A stretch of 64,000 bases of DNA from Nannocystis bainbridge (GTDB lineage Bacteria > Myxococcota_A > Polyangia > Nannocystales > Nannocystaceae). The DNA lies in assembly GCF_028368995.1 (NCBI RefSeq), contig NZ_JAQNDL010000001.1, positions 3,328,001 through 3,392,000 on the forward strand, given 5' to 3'. The notes under the pieces were generated by a model. It was given only the letters and a program-made list of their open reading frames with translations, made no database searches and was not told where the DNA came from. Shown in pieces: positions 9,731 through 20,933 of the stretch (position 1 is the stretch's first letter; each line of letters opens with the position of its first letter). Made by a program: the position numbers and the translations under genes.

Positions 9731-10600
9731 TCAGCCGAGCGGCTCGAAGAGCTCGGCCACGGGCGAGTCGTTCGGGGCGGGGTCGTAGTCGCCGATGCCG
9801 TCGAAGCAAGCGTGAACTTCGGGAGATGAGCCACCACGCGCGCGGGCCATCCGGGCACACCCGGCGAGCAGCGCCAGCACCTCTTCGACCCATGGATCCG
9901 CGAGGTCTTCTATGCACGCCGGAAAAGCTGCGAACCCGGCGGGCACATCGACCTCGGACCTGCGATCGTCCTGCAGCTTCGCCAGCGCGACCGCGAAGTG
10001 TAGCGACACCGCGACGATCGCCGGCGCGCTGCCGTGTCTGGCGACCGCGAGCGTGCGCTCGTGGGCCCGCTCGAGACGGCTCGCAGATGCCCGCCAGTAA
10101 CGGCGGAGCAACCGCTCCGACCGCGAGCGCCGGCGGACCTGCTCGCGGTACTCCGCCTTCCAGCGCGCAACACCGGAGCTGCGCTTCCACGCCTCGACGA
10201 AGAAATCGAGGTCGGCCGGGAACTCGAGCGCGATGAGCCGCTCGATGGCCTCGTCCGCGGCGATCATCGCCGCCTGCCCGAGCGCCGAGCGCAGCGCACC
10301 CCGGCGCTTCGGAGCGACCTGGGCCACCCGGCCTCCGGCGCGCCCGGTTCGGCCGCAGCGAACGCGGCGAACATCCCTGCAGCGTCGGCGAAGCGAGCGC
10401 TCGCGACCGCGGCGAGAGCGTCACGCAGCGCGGCAACCTGGTGCGCCGTCGGCGGGACGTCGTCATCCTCGACCGCCTCGTCTGCATCGGCCGCCTCGAA
10501 GCCCGCCGCGAGCTCGCGCGAAGCGCTCGGATACGGCGTCGCTAAAAATTGCCCGCGCTCGAACAGGAGCGCCGTCATCACCACCAGGAGCACGTACACG
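9731..10600 (-). pseudogene. Helical hypothetical protein, possibly frameshifted (ORFs 10264-10683 and 9731-10327)
   Basis: Two overlapping ORFs in different frames whose protein-like parts meet near 10300-10330. Confidence 0.35.
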
Positions 10601-10757
10601 CGGCCGATGAACGAGCGATGAACGCTGCGGATCTCAGCATTCGCGCATGGACTCGACGACCACGAGACCCGTCGAAATAACATGTCCCTTGGGACACGTT
10701 ATGATCCTTCTCGAGGACTCCCGACCTTCGCGGCCTTTCGATTGTCCAGCAGACCTC

Positions 10758-11954
10758 TCAGCCCACCGTCGCCGGGCTGCGGTACCCCTCCGGCTCCCCG
10801 CGCACCACCGCAGCTCGCTCCTCCGCCGTCAGCTCCGCCCACGTCGCCGCGTCCACCACGACTTGCTCCGGCGTCGCTCGCTCTTCCATTGCGAACGCCG
10901 CCTCGATCGCCGCCCCCCACATGTCGTAGGCCAGCTTGTTCGTCCCCACCACCCCAGCGATCACCTCGCCGGTCCCGACCCCGATGCGCACCCGGATTGC
11001 GCGCGCCTGGCAGGCCTCTGCGCGCTCGACTGCCGCGCGCATGCGCAGCGCCAGGTCGACCGCCGCGCGGGCTGACGGCTCGCGGCCTGACAGCCCGACC
11101 GCCGCCACATACGCATCGCCGACCGTCTTCACCTTGTCCGCGCCACGCTCCTTGCAGACCGCATCGAACGCGCTGAACGTCGCGTTGAGCACACGGACGA
11201 TGTCCTCCGCGGCTGCCTCTTCGGCCAGGCGCGTGAACCCGGCGATGTCGCACACCACGATGCTCACCTGCGGGTGACGTCGCCCCACCCCTTCGCCGCC
11301 CTCGCGCAGCGTCGCCACGAACTCGGCCGGCAGCACCGTCCCCAGCAGCGCGTCCGTGCGGCCGCGCAGCGCTCGCAGCTCGTCGCGCGTCCGCGCCGTC
11401 ACCCGCTGCGCGTAGTACGTCGCCACCGCCATCGCCGCCGCCACCAGCGACATGTTGATCTGGAAGTTGCTGCGCACGTCCTCGGGCGCCGCCCCCATCG
11501 CCGGCACCACCGCGAACGCGAAGCAGAAGCCGAGGAACGCCGCCGCGTTGAGACCTGCCACTGCCAGCGCCGTCCGCCGCCGCTCGCTCGGGAACAGCAT
11601 GAACGTCAGCACGATCACCGGCATGTACCAGTACTGCAGCCCGTAGATCGGCCCGAACAGCGACACCGCGCCGGCCGTCGAGAGCAGCGTGTACAGCGCG
11701 AAGATCACCGCCGCTGCTGCGTGACGGCCCTTCGTCGACAGCCACAGCGAGAACATCGGCGGCCCGATCCCCGCCGACAGCCCGTACACCACTCCTGTCA
11801 GCGAGCCCGCCGCGTAGATCGAGCTCAGCAGCACCGTGATCGCCGTGAAGCCGATCGCCAGCAGGCACAGCCCGTGGAGGAACACCACGTGCTGGCGCTC
11901 GAGCGGCGCCGCGTGCGGGGCCAGGCCCTGGCGCAGCAGTCGCCGGAGGCTCAC
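10758..11954 (-). CDS. Membrane class III cyclase, C1-like subunit
   Basis: GTG at 11954 overlaps the upstream stop; TM region; CDIAGFT and VKTVGDAY present; YDMWGAAIEAAFAME lacks the N/R pair; no KGKG. Confidence 0.88.
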   Translation of the reverse strand: MSLRRLLRQGLAPHAAPLERQHVVFLHGLCLLAIGFTAITVLLSSIYAAGSLTGVVYGLSAGIGPPMFSLWLSTKGRHAAAAVIFALYTLLSTAGAVSLFGPIYGLQYWYMPVIVLTFMLFPSERRRTALAVAGLNAAAFLGFCFAFAVVPAMGAAPEDVRSNFQINMSLVAAAMAVATYYAQRVTARTRDELRALRGRTDALLGTVLPAEFVATLREGGEGVGRRHPQVSIVVCDIAGFTRLAEEAAAEDIVRVLNATFSAFDAVCKERGADKVKTVGDAYVAAVGLSGREPSARAAVDLALRMRAAVERAEACQARAIRVRIGVGTGEVIAGVVGTNKLAYDMWGAAIEAAFAMEERATPEQVVVDAATWAELTAEERAAVVRGEPEGYRSPATVG

Positions 11955-13189
11955 GGCGCGCGCCCTGCCTTGCGTGCTCCGCGGACGAAGTACGTCTTCA
12001 TCGCCCCCTTGCCCTTGATCTCCACCCCTTCGCGCCCGCTGCACTCGAAGCGATGGTTGATCTTCGCGAACGTCAGCGGCGACACGTGGACCTCGCCTGC
12101 CAGCCCGTGCATCTCCATCCGCTGGGCCGTGTTGACCGTATCGCCCCACAGGTCGTACGTCGGTCGCACCTGCCCGATCACCCCTGCGACCACCGGCCCC
12201 GAGTTGACCCCGATGCGCACCGCGATCCCCGGCGTCGCCGCGAACTCGTCGCGCAGCGCCAGCCCCAGCGCCACCAGCACCTCCGCGTGGTCCGGGCGGT
12301 ACACCGGCAGCCCGGCCGCCGCGACGAAGCTGGTCCCCGTCGTCTTGATCTTCTCCGCCCCGAACTCGGCGCAGCGGCGGTCGATCGCGGCGAACACCGC
12401 GTGGAGCCGGGCCAGGTACGCCTCTGGCGTCTGGCCCTCGGCCGGGCGGTCGAGCCCGATCACCCGGCAGAACAGCACCGACGCGTCGCCCTGGCGCTCC
12501 GCGATCTCCTGCTCGCCCGCTTGCAGGCGCAGCCCGATCTCCTCCGGGAACACGCTGCGGAGCAGCCGCTCCGACTTCGCCCGCTCGTGCTCGAGGTCTG
12601 CCGCGGCCATCGCGTTGAACGAGCGCGAGCCGTAGCCGACCAGCAGCGTGATCGCCACCAGCAGCCCCTGATGCAGGTACTGGTTGGGCCCGTACTGGGC
12701 CACGCGCCGGGCCAGGTCGCCGTCGAGGTCCCAACCGTAGACCAGCACTGCCAGGCACGTCGAAGCTGCCAGCGCCGTGGCCAGCGCCGCTGTCGGCTCG
12801 CGGCTGGGGAACAGCAGGAACGGCAGCGCCGCCACCAGGATCAGCATGAAGAAGTTGCCGTAGTCGAGCCCGAGGGTCCACGAGCCGACCACGATCGAAG
12901 TCATCACCGCGACGTGGAACACCAGCGCCGCGTCGCGCGGGCGGCCGCGGGCGTGCAGCGCGAACACGGCTCCCAGGCCGCCGACCGTGAGCCCGAGGTG
13001 GGCCAGGAGCGCCGGGTCGAGCGGCCGGCCGGTGCCCATGTGACCCGCGCAGGCCATCACGATCCCGAGCAGCGCCAGCCCGTTGAGCAGGCGGATCCGC
13101 TGACCATCCTCTCGGGACATGTCCTCGCGGACACCCGCCGCGACGGCCCGCGACAGCGCCGCTCGCACCCGCAGGCCCGCGTTCGTCAC
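11951..13189 (-). CDS. Membrane class III cyclase, C2-like subunit
   Basis: TM region; FCRVIGL and IKTTGTSF lack both metal Asp; YDLWGDTVNTAQRME and IKGKG intact. Confidence 0.9.
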   Translation of the reverse strand: MTNAGLRVRAALSRAVAAGVREDMSREDGQRIRLLNGLALLGIVMACAGHMGTGRPLDPALLAHLGLTVGGLGAVFALHARGRPRDAALVFHVAVMTSIVVGSWTLGLDYGNFFMLILVAALPFLLFPSREPTAALATALAASTCLAVLVYGWDLDGDLARRVAQYGPNQYLHQGLLVAITLLVGYGSRSFNAMAAADLEHERAKSERLLRSVFPEEIGLRLQAGEQEIAERQGDASVLFCRVIGLDRPAEGQTPEAYLARLHAVFAAIDRRCAEFGAEKIKTTGTSFVAAAGLPVYRPDHAEVLVALGLALRDEFAATPGIAVRIGVNSGPVVAGVIGQVRPTYDLWGDTVNTAQRMEMHGLAGEVHVSPLTFAKINHRFECSGREGVEIKGKGAMKTYFVRGARKAGRAP

Positions 13190-13343
13190 TTCCCCGGCAC
13201 CTTACCGGAAACCCCCGCCAGCGTCCCGCCGGGCCCGACCGGCGGCTGGCGCGGAAACGAGCCGCCCGCAGCCGTCACATGCCCGAAAGGACATGTCGCA
13301 AAAGCCATACGGACACGCGTTCGCCGACGCGCGTCGTCACGGC

Positions 13344-14939
13344 TCAGTCGGCGAGCTTCAGCGTCACCTCGACCTGCGCACCGTCCGGGGCCTGCACACG
13401 CAGCTCGCCGCGGTCCCGGTCGAGCGTCCAGCATGCGCCCTCCGGGCCGGTCCGCGTCGCCAGTTCGATGTCGAGCGACGCGCCGTCGAACCGGCGCGGC
13501 GGCAGGGCGATCTCGCTGACCCCGCCGTCCGCGGTCCAGCTCGCCGTGACCGTCGTCTGGTCCCACGCGAACGCGCTGTCCGAGCCGGCCACCGCGCGCA
13601 GGTACGGGCGGACGAACACGTCGAGCGAGTCGCGCTCGCTGCCGTCGGCCGCGAGCACCGACAGGTCCTCCGCGTTCCAGTCGACCTCGTTCTGCGAGCA
13701 CTCCCACAGCGTGGCCGACAGCCGGCGCGCGTCCATGCGGTCGAGCGCGCGGGCCAACCACTCCTCCGCGCCCGGCGCCCCGTGCCCGTAGCCGAACTCG
13801 CCGATCAGCACGCCCAGCCCCTCCGCTGCCGCGAAGTCGGCGACGTCGTCGAGGTACGGCTCCGGCATCATCCCGATCGAGGGCAGCCCCTTCACCAGCC
13901 CCGCGTCGTACATGTGCGCGGCGTACACGAGCCCCGAGCCCTCGGGCCGCACGTGCTCGACCGGCTGGAACCCGACCGCGTCGGTGCCCGGGTTGTCGAA
14001 CAGGATCAGCAGCTCGTCGCCGGCCAGCGCCCGCAGCTGGGCCACCGCCTCGGTGTGGAACGGATTGAGGACCTCGTGCTTCCACGCCGGCACGTCGTTC
14101 GCGGTGCCCGAGCCCGGCTCGTTGACGATCTCGAGCCCGACCACCCCGGGGTGGTCGCCGATGCGCGCGATCATCTGGCCCCACATCGCGAAGAACTTGG
14201 CGTGCAGCTCGTCCTCGTCGGCCCAGAAGCGGTCGAACGCGGACCGCACGTCGCCGTCGAGCACGTACTTGAGGCCCCAGTCGGCGTCCGGGCACTCGTG
14301 CGGCGCTGGCATCGGGTCTTGCTGCAACGTCCACGGCGGGAAGCCGTCGCCGCAGAACGTCGACGTGTACACGTCCTGATGGAAATCGACCACGACCCGC
14401 AGCCCGTGGGCCCACGCCGCGTCGACCATCGCCGCGTAGCGGTCGAGGTAGCGCGCGTCGTACTCGCCCGGCGCTGGCTCGAGCGCCTCCCACGAGAACA
14501 GCAGCCGCACCACGTTGATGCCCCAGCTCGGCAGCCGGGCGAAGAACTGCTCCGCCTCGGCGGCGAACCCCGCCGGATCGATCTCCGCCGCGATCGGGAA
14601 CGGCACGAACGGCGCCCACTTCGAGCGCCCGCCGGTGTTGACCCCGCGCAGCAGCACATCGCGCCCGTGCTCGTCGAGCATCCGCCCGCTCGGATCGAGG
14701 CTCACGCGCCCGCTGGTCAACAGCACAGGTTCGATCGGGCTCGTGCACTCGCCCGGGAGCAGCGGCGCCCCCGTGGTCGTCGGCGCCGCCGTCGAGGTCC
14801 CGGTCGGCTCGGTCGGCGCCGTCGCCTCCGTCCCCGCGGTCCCCGTCGTCGTCGTCGTCGCCTCGCTCGCGCCGGTGCTCGGAGACGGATCTCCGCCGCA
14901 GCCGATCGCCGCCGTCAACAGTACAAGCGCTCTGCGCAT
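13344..14939 (-). CDS. GH5 glycoside hydrolase lipoprotein (endoglycoceramidase-like)
   Basis: Lipobox AAIGC; LRGVN, WEALEP, VVVDFHQDVY, GDGFPPW, NEP, IGEFG and RPY motifs. Confidence 0.88.
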   Translation of the reverse strand: MRRALVLLTAAIGCGGDPSPSTGASEATTTTTGTAGTEATAPTEPTGTSTAAPTTTGAPLLPGECTSPIEPVLLTSGRVSLDPSGRMLDEHGRDVLLRGVNTGGRSKWAPFVPFPIAAEIDPAGFAAEAEQFFARLPSWGINVVRLLFSWEALEPAPGEYDARYLDRYAAMVDAAWAHGLRVVVDFHQDVYTSTFCGDGFPPWTLQQDPMPAPHECPDADWGLKYVLDGDVRSAFDRFWADEDELHAKFFAMWGQMIARIGDHPGVVGLEIVNEPGSGTANDVPAWKHEVLNPFHTEAVAQLRALAGDELLILFDNPGTDAVGFQPVEHVRPEGSGLVYAAHMYDAGLVKGLPSIGMMPEPYLDDVADFAAAEGLGVLIGEFGYGHGAPGAEEWLARALDRMDARRLSATLWECSQNEVDWNAEDLSVLAADGSERDSLDVFVRPYLRAVAGSDSAFAWDQTTVTASWTADGGVSEIALPPRRFDGASLDIELATRTGPEGACWTLDRDRGELRVQAPDGAQVEVTLKLAD

Positions 14940-15010
14940 GCCGCATCGTAGGCGGTCCCGGCGGTCCTCGCTCGCCCGCCCGCGGGCGATCTCGAAGTCT
15001 CTGCGAGTGA

Positions 15011-16432
<1,422 letters not shown>

Positions 16433-16436
16433 GCCG

Positions 16437-16541
16437 CCTGTCCGATCGGGCCTGCCCGATCGCGCATGTTCTGAGGGGCATGTCCGCGAGGACATGCCCC
16501 TTCGCGCACGCCCGCGAGGCCATGTCTATTAAATCATGTCC
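16437..16541. repeat. 14-bp-period CATGYY array between convergent genes
   Basis: gcatgttctgaggg/gcatgtccgcgagg/acatgccccttcgc/gcacgcccgcgagg/ccatgtctattaaa/tcatgtcc. Confidence 0.75.
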
Positions 16542-17465
16542 TCACCCGCGCGGCCGGTTGGCCGCGCGGAAGAAGTCGAGGAAGCAGCGCAGCTTGACCG
16601 GCATGTGCGCGCGGTTCGGGTAATAGAACGAGAACCCCGGGAACTCGGCGCAGTGCCGCTGCAGCACGTGGACCAGCCGCTTCTCGGCCAGCGGCGCGCG
16701 CACCAGCCCGGCGAACACCTGCGCCAGCCCGAGCCCGGCGGTCGCCGCCTCGGCGATCGCCACCATGTCGTTGAGGATGATGCGGCCGTCGACGTCGAGC
16801 TCGACCTCGTCCTCGCCGGTACCGAGCCACCAGCGCAGCAGCCGGCCGCTGGTGACGAAGCGCAGGCGGATGCAGTCGTGGTCGAGCAGGTCGCGCGGCG
16901 CGGTCGGCCGCGGCCGGCTGGCGAAATACTCCGGCGCGCCGACGACCACCAGCCGCTGCGGCCCGCCGAGCGGCGCCGTGATCATGTCGCGCGGGATGGC
17001 CTCGCCGAGGCGGATGCCGACGTCGAAGCCCTCGCCGACGACCTCGCTGAGCCCGTCGCTGAGCCCGAACTCGAGCCGGACGTGCGGGTGTTCGCGGCCG
17101 AAGCGGGCCAGGTGCGGGGCGATGAACAGCGTGTACGTGACCCGCGACAGCGCCACCCGGACCAGCCCGCGCGGCGCCTCGCCCTCGCCCTCGAGCGCCT
17201 CGCAGGCCTCGTGAAGCTGCGCCAGCCCGGGCGCGATCCCGGCGAGGAAGCGCGCCCCCGCATCGGTCGGGCTCACGCTGCGGGTCGTGCGGCGCAGCAG
17301 GAGCACCCCGAGGTGGCGCTCGAGCTTGCGCACCGTCTGCGACAGCGCCGACGTCGACACCCCCAGCTCGTCGGCCGCGCGGGTGAAGCTGCAGTGCCGC
17401 GCGACGCACTCGAAGGCCGCGATCGCCGGCAGGTCGGTCGGCTTGATCGTGAAGCGCCGGTTCAT
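16542..17465 (-). CDS. LysR family transcriptional regulator (CrgA-like)
   Basis: SFTRAADELGVSTSALSQTVRKLE, LLRRTTRSVSPTDAG and EGFDVGIRLG. Confidence 0.93.
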   Translation of the reverse strand: MNRRFTIKPTDLPAIAAFECVARHCSFTRAADELGVSTSALSQTVRKLERHLGVLLLRRTTRSVSPTDAGARFLAGIAPGLAQLHEACEALEGEGEAPRGLVRVALSRVTYTLFIAPHLARFGREHPHVRLEFGLSDGLSEVVGEGFDVGIRLGEAIPRDMITAPLGGPQRLVVVGAPEYFASRPRPTAPRDLLDHDCIRLRFVTSGRLLRWWLGTGEDEVELDVDGRIILNDMVAIAEAATAGLGLAQVFAGLVRAPLAEKRLVHVLQRHCAEFPGFSFYYPNRAHMPVKLRCFLDFFRAANRPRG

Positions 17466-17719
17466 GGCCCCGGGATGATAAGGCCGTTTCTCTTCACGCG
17501 GTCCGGGTCCTTCCACGTGTCTGGCAACCAGACGCGCCGCGCTGCCCGCAGGTCCGACGCCAGTCCGGCGGCCCGTGGCCCGCAGCCGGCGAAAAAACAC
17601 CGGTCCGACCAATCGTTCGCGGTTCGGCGGGGACTACTTCGAAGCGTCCCTCGCAAGCGCCGCACGACGGCGCGCTTCGACGATCTTCCCCTCCGGCCCA
17701 GCGCCGCTCCGGAGTCGAC

Positions 17720-18565
17720 ATGCGCATTGTGCTCAACGCGTTCGTGGTACTGACATTGGCCTCCCTCGGCTGCGATCTCGCCGACGAGCCCGACGCCGCG
17801 GGCCTCGACGCCGCCGAGGCGCTCGACTCGCTCGGCAGGCCGCTCGGCCCGCTGTCCCGCAGCATCGTCGAGGCCAACGCCGACCGCGACCACACCATGC
17901 GCCTGCTGGCCCGCGTCGAAGTCCAGCCCGACGAGCTGCTCGAGATCTACGCACCATCGCCCGGCGAGCTCGTGATCGCCAGCGCCGGAGCCCCGGCCAG
18001 CGGTCCGAAGTTCGGCCCCGACGCGCTCGCCGGCCGCTCGCTGTCGGCCGTGTGGGCCGACGCGGCCGCCGACGCGCCGATGCCCCCGGCCCTGGCCGAG
18101 GTCGCGCAGGCCCTCGGCGACCAGCCGCTCGGCGCCCGACGCGGCGACCTGCCGCTCGCCGCCGCGCCGGCCCCCTCGCCCGCGCTCTCGGGCTATTGCG
18201 ACACGACCTTTTACAAACAGGCGGAGTCGGCCTGCGAGGTCGGCGGCGGCCTCGACACCGACTTCAAGCTCTGCCTCGACCACGCGACCAGCGCCAACGG
18301 ATGGGTCGACGACGCCTTCCAGACCCGCGGCACGGTCTGTCCCAACCGCGGCGACGTGGTCCTGCGCCTGAAGACGGGCTCGGGCGGCGACGGCTCGTGG
18401 TTCGTCAAGCACAACACCCATCAATCGTTCGTCTACACCAATTACGGCTGCATCGTGGACGACCCCGCCGACGAAGCCTTGGGCTGCAAGTGGGTCAACG
18501 TCTGGGTCGACGCCGGCGGCACGCGCCGGTTCCACTTCCGCATGGTCGCCGACGTCGAGGAGTGA
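17720..18565 (+). CDS. Hypothetical lipoprotein with Cys-containing C-terminal domain
   Basis: ggag RBS; lipobox ASLGC; normal codon bias. Confidence 0.75.
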   Translation: MRIVLNAFVVLTLASLGCDLADEPDAAGLDAAEALDSLGRPLGPLSRSIVEANADRDHTMRLLARVEVQPDELLEIYAPSPGELVIASAGAPASGPKFGPDALAGRSLSAVWADAAADAPMPPALAEVAQALGDQPLGARRGDLPLAAAPAPSPALSGYCDTTFYKQAESACEVGGGLDTDFKLCLDHATSANGWVDDAFQTRGTVCPNRGDVVLRLKTGSGGDGSWFVKHNTHQSFVYTNYGCIVDDPADEALGCKWVNVWVDAGGTRRFHFRMVADVEE

Positions 18566-18581
18566 CAGCGCGCCCAACAAC

Positions 18582-18625
18582 ATGGCCTCATGGACATGTC
18601 TTTAAAAACATGTCCATGAGGCCAT
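18582..18625. repeat. Perfect 18-bp inverted repeat built from 14-bp units (possible terminator)
   Basis: atggcctcatggacatgt-ctttaaaa-acatgtccatgaggccat directly after the 18565 stop. Confidence 0.7.
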
Positions 18626-18685
18626 AAAGACCGCCTCCGGCCGCGCATGCTTGTCTCCCCGCCCGACGGCGATCATGCTGCCCGC

Positions 18686-19495
18686 ATGTGGACCCGCCGG
18701 GCCGTCGCGCGCCTCGTCTTGCCGCTGGGCGCCTGGCTCGCCTGCGGCGGCCGCGAGCGGGCCCGGCCGTTGCGGCTGGCCGCCACCTCCAGCGTCCACG
18801 ACAGCGGCCTGCTCGCGGTCCTCGGCCCGGCCTTCTCGGCCGCGCACGGCCGCCCGCTCGAGGTCCTCGCCGTCGGCTCGCGGCGGGCCATCGACCTGCT
18901 CGCCACCGGTCGGGCCGACGTCGCCCTCACCCACAGCCCGGTCGAGGAGGCCCAGGCCCTGGCGAGCGGGCGGATCGGCGGGCGCACCCCGGTCATGCGC
19001 AACGCCTACGTGCTCGTCGGCCCGGTCGAGTACGCCGGCATCGTCGCCGGCGCGGCCGACATGCGCGGCGCCCTGCGGGCCGTCGCCGGCTCCGGCCGCC
19101 GCTTCGTCTCGCGCGGCGACGACTCCGGCACCTACCAGCGCGAGCTGCAGCTGTGGGCCGCCGCCGGCATCCCGGGCGAGAGCGCCTTCATCCTCCCGTT
19201 CCAGGGCAGCATGGCCGAGGCGCTGCGCCAGGCCGCGCGCGAGCACGCCTTCACCCTCAGCGACCGTGCCACCTTCCTCGCCCGCCGCGGCGATCTCGGG
19301 CTCGCCATCCTGTTTCAGGGCGGCTCCGACCTCGACAACGTCCACGCCGTGCTCGAGCCCGCTCCGGAGCGCGGCGGCGACATCGAGGGCGCGCGCGCCT
19401 TCGCCGAATTCCTGCGCTCCCCTGCCGGCCGGCGCCTGATCGGCGGCTTCGGCGTCGACACCCTCGGCGAGCCGCTGTTCACTCCGGTCCAGTGA
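18686..19495 (+). CDS. Tungstate ABC transporter substrate-binding protein (TupA-like)
   Basis: LRLAATSSVHDSGLL, AVGS, FVSRGDDSGTYQRE and TLSDRATF. Confidence 0.85.
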   Translation: MWTRRAVARLVLPLGAWLACGGRERARPLRLAATSSVHDSGLLAVLGPAFSAAHGRPLEVLAVGSRRAIDLLATGRADVALTHSPVEEAQALASGRIGGRTPVMRNAYVLVGPVEYAGIVAGAADMRGALRAVAGSGRRFVSRGDDSGTYQRELQLWAAAGIPGESAFILPFQGSMAEALRQAAREHAFTLSDRATFLARRGDLGLAILFQGGSDLDNVHAVLEPAPERGGDIEGARAFAEFLRSPAGRRLIGGFGVDTLGEPLFTPVQ

Positions 19496-19574
19496 GGGCC
19501 GACAGGCGCCCCGGGCCGGCCCGAGGCGAACAGATCCTTGCCCTCCTCGGCGCCAGCGGATACCACCATCCAGC

Positions 19575-20933
19575 ATGCTCGTCCCTCGCCGCCCCCGCGC
19601 CCTCGGCGCGGCGCTCGCCCTGCTCGGGCTCGGCGTCGGTGAGCCCTCGGCCCGCGCCGCCCCGGCCGCTCCGGCCCCTGCGCCTGCCCCCGCTGCGACC
19701 CAGCCCGCGCCGGCCCCCGCCGAACCTGCCCCCAAGGACAGCCCGGCCGCCGACACCGTCCTCGACATCGTCCTGCCGAGCGGCCTGCGCGTGCTCGCGG
19801 CCCGCGATCTCAGCCTCCCGGTCGCCGCCGTCGTGCTCGCCGTCGAGACCGGCAGCGAGGACGACCCGCCCGAGCATCCGGGCCTGATGCACGCCCTCGC
19901 CTACCACCTCCACCAGGGCAACCGCGAGCTGCGCCCCGGCGAGGCGATCGCCGCCGCCCAGGACGCCGGCGGCGTGCACCTCCTGGCCACCGGCGCCGGC
20001 CAGACCCGGTTCGAGTCGCTGGTCCCGATCTCCCGCCTCGACGAGGTCCTGTTCGCCGAATCGCAGCGCCTGCGCTTCCCCACCGTCGACAAGCGCCGCT
20101 GGGACATCAGCCTCGGCTGGGCCGGCAGCGACGCCCGCAGCCCCGCCGGCATGCGCCCGGCCGACCTCGCCGCCCTGCACGGCGCCCCCGGCCTCGGCCA
20201 CGACGGCCGCGCCGTCGACCGCTCGCTCGCCGACATCACCCCGGCGGCCCTCGCCGCGGTCCTGGCGGCCAAGTTCAACTACGCCCGCGCCACCTTGATC
20301 GTCGTCGCCCCCGAGCCGCCGGAGACGATCCTCGAGCAGGTCCGCGCGCGCTTCCAGGACCTGCCCCCGGCCACCCGCGCCTTGCCGGTCCGCTCGCCGC
20401 CGCCGGCGAGGGCCGCCCTCCCGACCGCCCCGCCTGCCGCTTCCGGCAAGCCGCCGCTGTTCGCCTGGCCGATCCCGGCCGACGGCGCCGCTTCGGCCTG
20501 GGCCGGGGCGATCTGCCGCGCCCTCAACCGCCAGAAGCCGGCCGCTGAGGAGCCCCGCAAGTCGCGGATCGGCTGCGACTTCGACCCCGACCCGCGCCGC
20601 GCTGCCCTGGTGATGCGGGCCGTCGGCACCGAGGACCCGGCCGGCTTGTTGCGCGCCCGCCTGGCCCGCCTCGGCGGCCCCGACGCGCCGCTGCTCACCG
20701 CCCAGGCCCAGTTCATGGCCCAGGCGACCCGCCTCTACGCCCGCACCGCGCTCGGCCTGGCCCGCCTGCTGGCCGGCTCGCCGGCGCGCTACCCCGGACC
20801 TGTCCCGGTGGACAGCCCGGTGCCCCGCCGCCGCGACGACCTGCTCGGCCTCACCAGCCTCGCCGGTCGCCCCGGCCTCAACCTCACCGTCGAGGACGCG
20901 CTCCTCCTCGGCGCCGCGGAGCCCAAGCCGTGA
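19575..20933 (+). CDS. M16 (insulinase) family protein, probably inactive
   Basis: LPSGLRV, GSEDDP, GLMHALAYH (degenerate HxxEH) and ATLIVV. Confidence 0.75.
   Translation: MLVPRRPRALGAALALLGLGVGEPSARAAPAAPAPAPAPAATQPAPAPAEPAPKDSPAADTVLDIVLPSGLRVLAARDLSLPVAAVVLAVETGSEDDPPEHPGLMHALAYHLHQGNRELRPGEAIAAAQDAGGVHLLATGAGQTRFESLVPISRLDEVLFAESQRLRFPTVDKRRWDISLGWAGSDARSPAGMRPADLAALHGAPGLGHDGRAVDRSLADITPAALAAVLAAKFNYARATLIVVAPEPPETILEQVRARFQDLPPATRALPVRSPPPARAALPTAPPAASGKPPLFAWPIPADGAASAWAGAICRALNRQKPAAEEPRKSRIGCDFDPDPRRAALVMRAVGTEDPAGLLRARLARLGGPDAPLLTAQAQFMAQATRLYARTALGLARLLAGSPARYPGPVPVDSPVPRRRDDLLGLTSLAGRPGLNLTVEDALLLGAAEPKP

Noticed and set aside
16437-16541. RRRCATGYYY match to the p53 half-site
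   Set aside because: It arises automatically from abutting TGTC-N6-GACA units; there is no evidence for a p53-like factor.
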